Shown here in pieces: positions 16,133-18,572 of a stretch of 18,572 bases of DNA. Numbering within the stretch: position 1 is the stretch's first letter; each line of letters starts with the position of its first letter. This DNA is from Candidatus Eiseniibacteriota bacterium. GTDB lineage: Bacteria > Eisenbacteria > RBG-16-71-46 > CAZAMP01. A program made the translations under genes and the position numbers. The notes beneath the pieces were generated by a model, which was not told the DNA's origin, did no database searches, and saw only the letters and a program-made list of their open reading frames with translations. The stretch covers positions 1 through 18,572 of the forward strand of contig CBDCYW010000020.1 of assembly GCA_965224245.1 (NCBI GenBank), given 5' to 3'.

Positions 16133-17914
16133 GTGAAAACCACACTGAACAAATGGACTTTGCCCACTCTGTGGCTCATCCTGGCCAGCTGCCTCCAGCT
16201 GGTTCTGATCAATCTCGACTACACCCGTATCCAGCAGCAGGTCAGCGAAGAGGCCAGCTACCTCTACGACAACATCTACGACCGTACCCGCCTGAACGAA
16301 CTGCTGCTGCAGAGTTTTACCACCCTGGTGGATGCCCAACCGGACGACCATCAGGCCCTGCGCCGTTTTGCCACGAGCATGCGCGCCCGCAATCCACACA
16401 TCGCTCGCCTGCAGCTGCAGGAGCGGGTATCCGTCAGCCAGCAACGTCGTTTTGAAAAGGGCATGCATGCGCGCGGATACACCTACTTCAGTATCCGCCT
16501 GAAAAACGACCGTCCCGAGCTGATCGGCAGCAACGGCGAACGGGTGTTCTTCCCGTTTACCTTTATCGAGCCGTTCAACTCAGAAACCCGCCGTTTTCTG
16601 GGGCTGGATATGAGCACCGACGCCCAGTTCGCCTCCTCCTTCCTCGACAGCGTGTATTACCGCCGCCCGGTGGCGACGACACCGTTCACCCTGGATGATG
16701 GCCGCGCGGCGTATACCCTCTATCAGGCGGTTGTACCTCACAGTAGCAACGACTCACTGGATAACCTCCAGGTCGCCTCGCTGGTTATTACCTACGAGGG
16801 TCTACTGCCTACCGCACCCGCCAAGGACAGCTACACCAAGGTGGCGCTGCTGGATGCCCACGGTGACCTGCTGGTCCAGAGCGGCCAGCTAGCCTCAAAC
16901 AGCTGGCTGCCGACCCTGTCGGTGACCCAGAAGCTCAACCGTTTTGGTCAGCCCCTGCAGGTGCAGCTCTCCCGCAGTATGGTCTGGAGTGACATCAACT
17001 GGATGCTGATGCTGGGGGCGATGCTATTCTCCCTGGCATTACTGAAACTGGCCCAGGCCTACCACGAGCAGAAATCCGCCAGTCAGCGTCAGCGCGAAGA
17101 AGTACTGCAGCAGCTGGAAAGTGAACGTAACCAGTTGGAAGACCGCGTATCCCAGCGCACCCGCGAATTGAACGCACAGCTGTGGGAAAATCAGCGCCTG
17201 GCCCATAAGGTGATGGAGGTGCAGGAAACCGAGCGCCGCCACCTGGCACGGGAACTGCACGACGAGTTGGGCCAGTCCCTCACCGCCATCCGTACCGATG
17301 CCAGCATGCTCAAGCGCTTGCACCCCAACGAGACCAGTGCCGTGCACCAGAGCGCCGATTCCATCGATGCCATCGCGCGCCATATCTACGCGGTCACCTA
17401 CGACCTGATGCGCTACCTGCGCCCCACCGCGCTGGATGACCTGGGTCTGGTGGACGCCCTGCACGAATGTATCTCCAACCTGCGTTTGCATGAGCAAGGC
17501 CTGCATCTGGAGACGCGCTTCAGCGGCCCGCTCAACGAGATGACCGAAACCTACAACATCACCCTCTACCGCCTGGTACAGGAGTCCCTCACCAACATCG
17601 TGCGCCACGCCTCGGCCAGCCATATCACCCTGGAATTGCACCGCCGGCAGCAGGAAGATGAGGATTATCTGGAACTTTCCATCCGCGATAACGGTCATGG
17701 TTTTAGCCAGCATGGAGAAAGTAAAGGTGGCTTTGGCCTGATCGGCATGCGCGAACGTGTGAACGCACTCGGCGGCCAGTTCCAGATTCAGAGCGCCCCC
17801 GGCTCAGGCACCTGGGTGGATGTGACCATCCCGCTGCCGGTTACGGCTGAGGCAGCAACGGTACTAACGCCGGCCACACCGTATCCAGCAGAAAAGGCTG
17901 TCCAGCTGCATTAG
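16133..17914 (+). CDS. Membrane sensor histidine kinase: periplasmic CHASE-like domain plus HisKA_3 (NarX/UhpB type) and HATPase
   Basis: Two hydrophobic segments flank FPFTFIEP...LGLDM...TTPFTL (CHASE-like). H-box ERRHLARELHDELGQSLTAI, N-box LYRLVQESLTNIVRHA, G-boxes IRDNGHGF and GGFGLIGMRERV. GTG start with AGGA 9 nt upstream. Confidence 0.9.
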   Translation: MKTTLNKWTLPTLWLILASCLQLVLINLDYTRIQQQVSEEASYLYDNIYDRTRLNELLLQSFTTLVDAQPDDHQALRRFATSMRARNPHIARLQLQERVSVSQQRRFEKGMHARGYTYFSIRLKNDRPELIGSNGERVFFPFTFIEPFNSETRRFLGLDMSTDAQFASSFLDSVYYRRPVATTPFTLDDGRAAYTLYQAVVPHSSNDSLDNLQVASLVITYEGLLPTAPAKDSYTKVALLDAHGDLLVQSGQLASNSWLPTLSVTQKLNRFGQPLQVQLSRSMVWSDINWMLMLGAMLFSLALLKLAQAYHEQKSASQRQREEVLQQLESERNQLEDRVSQRTRELNAQLWENQRLAHKVMEVQETERRHLARELHDELGQSLTAIRTDASMLKRLHPNETSAVHQSADSIDAIARHIYAVTYDLMRYLRPTALDDLGLVDALHECISNLRLHEQGLHLETRFSGPLNEMTETYNITLYRLVQESLTNIVRHASASHITLELHRRQQEDEDYLELSIRDNGHGFSQHGESKGGFGLIGMRERVNALGGQFQIQSAPGSGTWVDVTIPLPVTAEAATVLTPATPYPAEKAVQLH

Positions 17915-18449
17915 GGTGCAGGCCGTCGCTCTGCATCAGTGACGGCTCCAGCGCCACCTTCTCCATAAAGAACGGTACCAGGGCGGTATCATGGGTTTCA
18001 GCAACCCCACTGAACACCTCCGCAAAGCGGCGGGTGTAGGCGGGACCGTAATTCGGCGGCAGCTGCATACCCAGCACCAGCACCCGGGCACCTTGCTGTT
18101 TCGAGAGCTGGGTCAGACGATCCAGATTGCTCCGAATCACCGGCGGAAACGTACCACGTAAACCGTCGTTGGCCCCCAACTCCAGCAATACGATGTCCGG
18201 TTGGTGCTGTTCCAGCAACCGAGGCAGGCGGCTCAAGCCACCCTGGGTGGTTTCACCGCTGATACTGGCGTTAACCACGGACACAGCGTACCCCTGCTGC
18301 TGCAGGCGCTTATCCAGCAACGCCACCCAACCGTTTTCGGGGGCGATACCGTAGGCAGCGGAAAGGCTGTCCCCCAGTACCAGCAGCGTGGTCGCCTGGC
18401 TGAGCGGGGCAAAAATGAAGAGCCATGTAAGGACGAGAATACGTAACAT
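17841..18449 (-). CDS. tesA: Arylesterase / acyl-CoA thioesterase I (SGNH/GDSL hydrolase)
   Basis: Signal peptide MLRILVLTWLFIFAPLSQA, then LGDSLSAAYG, NASISGETT, ELGANDGLRG and DGLHP. Confidence 0.96.
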   Translation of the reverse strand: MLRILVLTWLFIFAPLSQATTLLVLGDSLSAAYGIAPENGWVALLDKRLQQQGYAVSVVNASISGETTQGGLSRLPRLLEQHQPDIVLLELGANDGLRGTFPPVIRSNLDRLTQLSKQQGARVLVLGMQLPPNYGPAYTRRFAEVFSGVAETHDTALVPFFMEKVALEPSLMQSDGLHPNAAGQPFLLDTVWPALVPLLPQP

Positions 18450-18572
18450 GAATGGGCCTGTTTCAGAGATCATATTATCTGCTCAAGATGTCGCAAAACG
18501 ATTCGACACGCAAGCCGGGATGCTGGAGCTGTTCAGCAACATCAGTCTGCAGATTCAAAGAGGCGAGACCGT
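18448..18572 (+). CDS. ybbA: ABC transporter ATP-binding protein, YbbA-like; 5' part only
   Basis: MNGPVSEIILSAQDVAKRFDTQAGMLELFSNISLQIQRGET... is the typical stretch before Walker A. It is divergent from tesA, as in the conserved tesA/ybbA pair. Confidence 0.8.
   Translation, partial: MNGPVSEIILSAQDVAKRFDTQAGMLELFSNISLQIQRGET

Noticed and set aside
1..18572. CRISPR arrays, tRNA/rRNA genes, IS elements, phage or defence genes
   Set aside because: No repeat-spacer periodicity, RNA gene signatures or transposase/integrase motifs were seen; nearly all sequence is explained by housekeeping genes.

Overview
The window looks like two unrelated genomes joined at about 5546-5554. The left arm (1-~5550) is alphaproteobacterial in style. 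It holds the 5' end of a SoeA-type sulfite-oxidising molybdoenzyme (minus strand), a divergent MocR/TauR-like regulator, an SCO-family copper chaperone, a short-form proS and a lolC/E gene cut off just before its last residues. The right arm (~5550-18572) is a gammaproteobacterial housekeeping region, Oceanospirillales/Pseudomonadales-like by gene order: ubiD (5' fragment only), rho, trxA, ppx/gppA, pckA, hslO, hslR, yrfG, nudE, cysQ, a small Cys-containing membrane protein, sodB, an orphan CHASE-HisKA_3 sensor kinase, tesA and the start of ybbA. Both lolC/E and ubiD break at the same 9-bp stretch, which points to a library or assembly chimera rather than biology. The first 2.1 kb also carries five inferred single-base indels. 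I see no convincing new multi-gene system. The most interesting real elements are the tauR-soeA divergon with candidate operators, a GTAG-type REP doublet with a compensatory base change, a structured rho leader and the orphan CHASE kinase.
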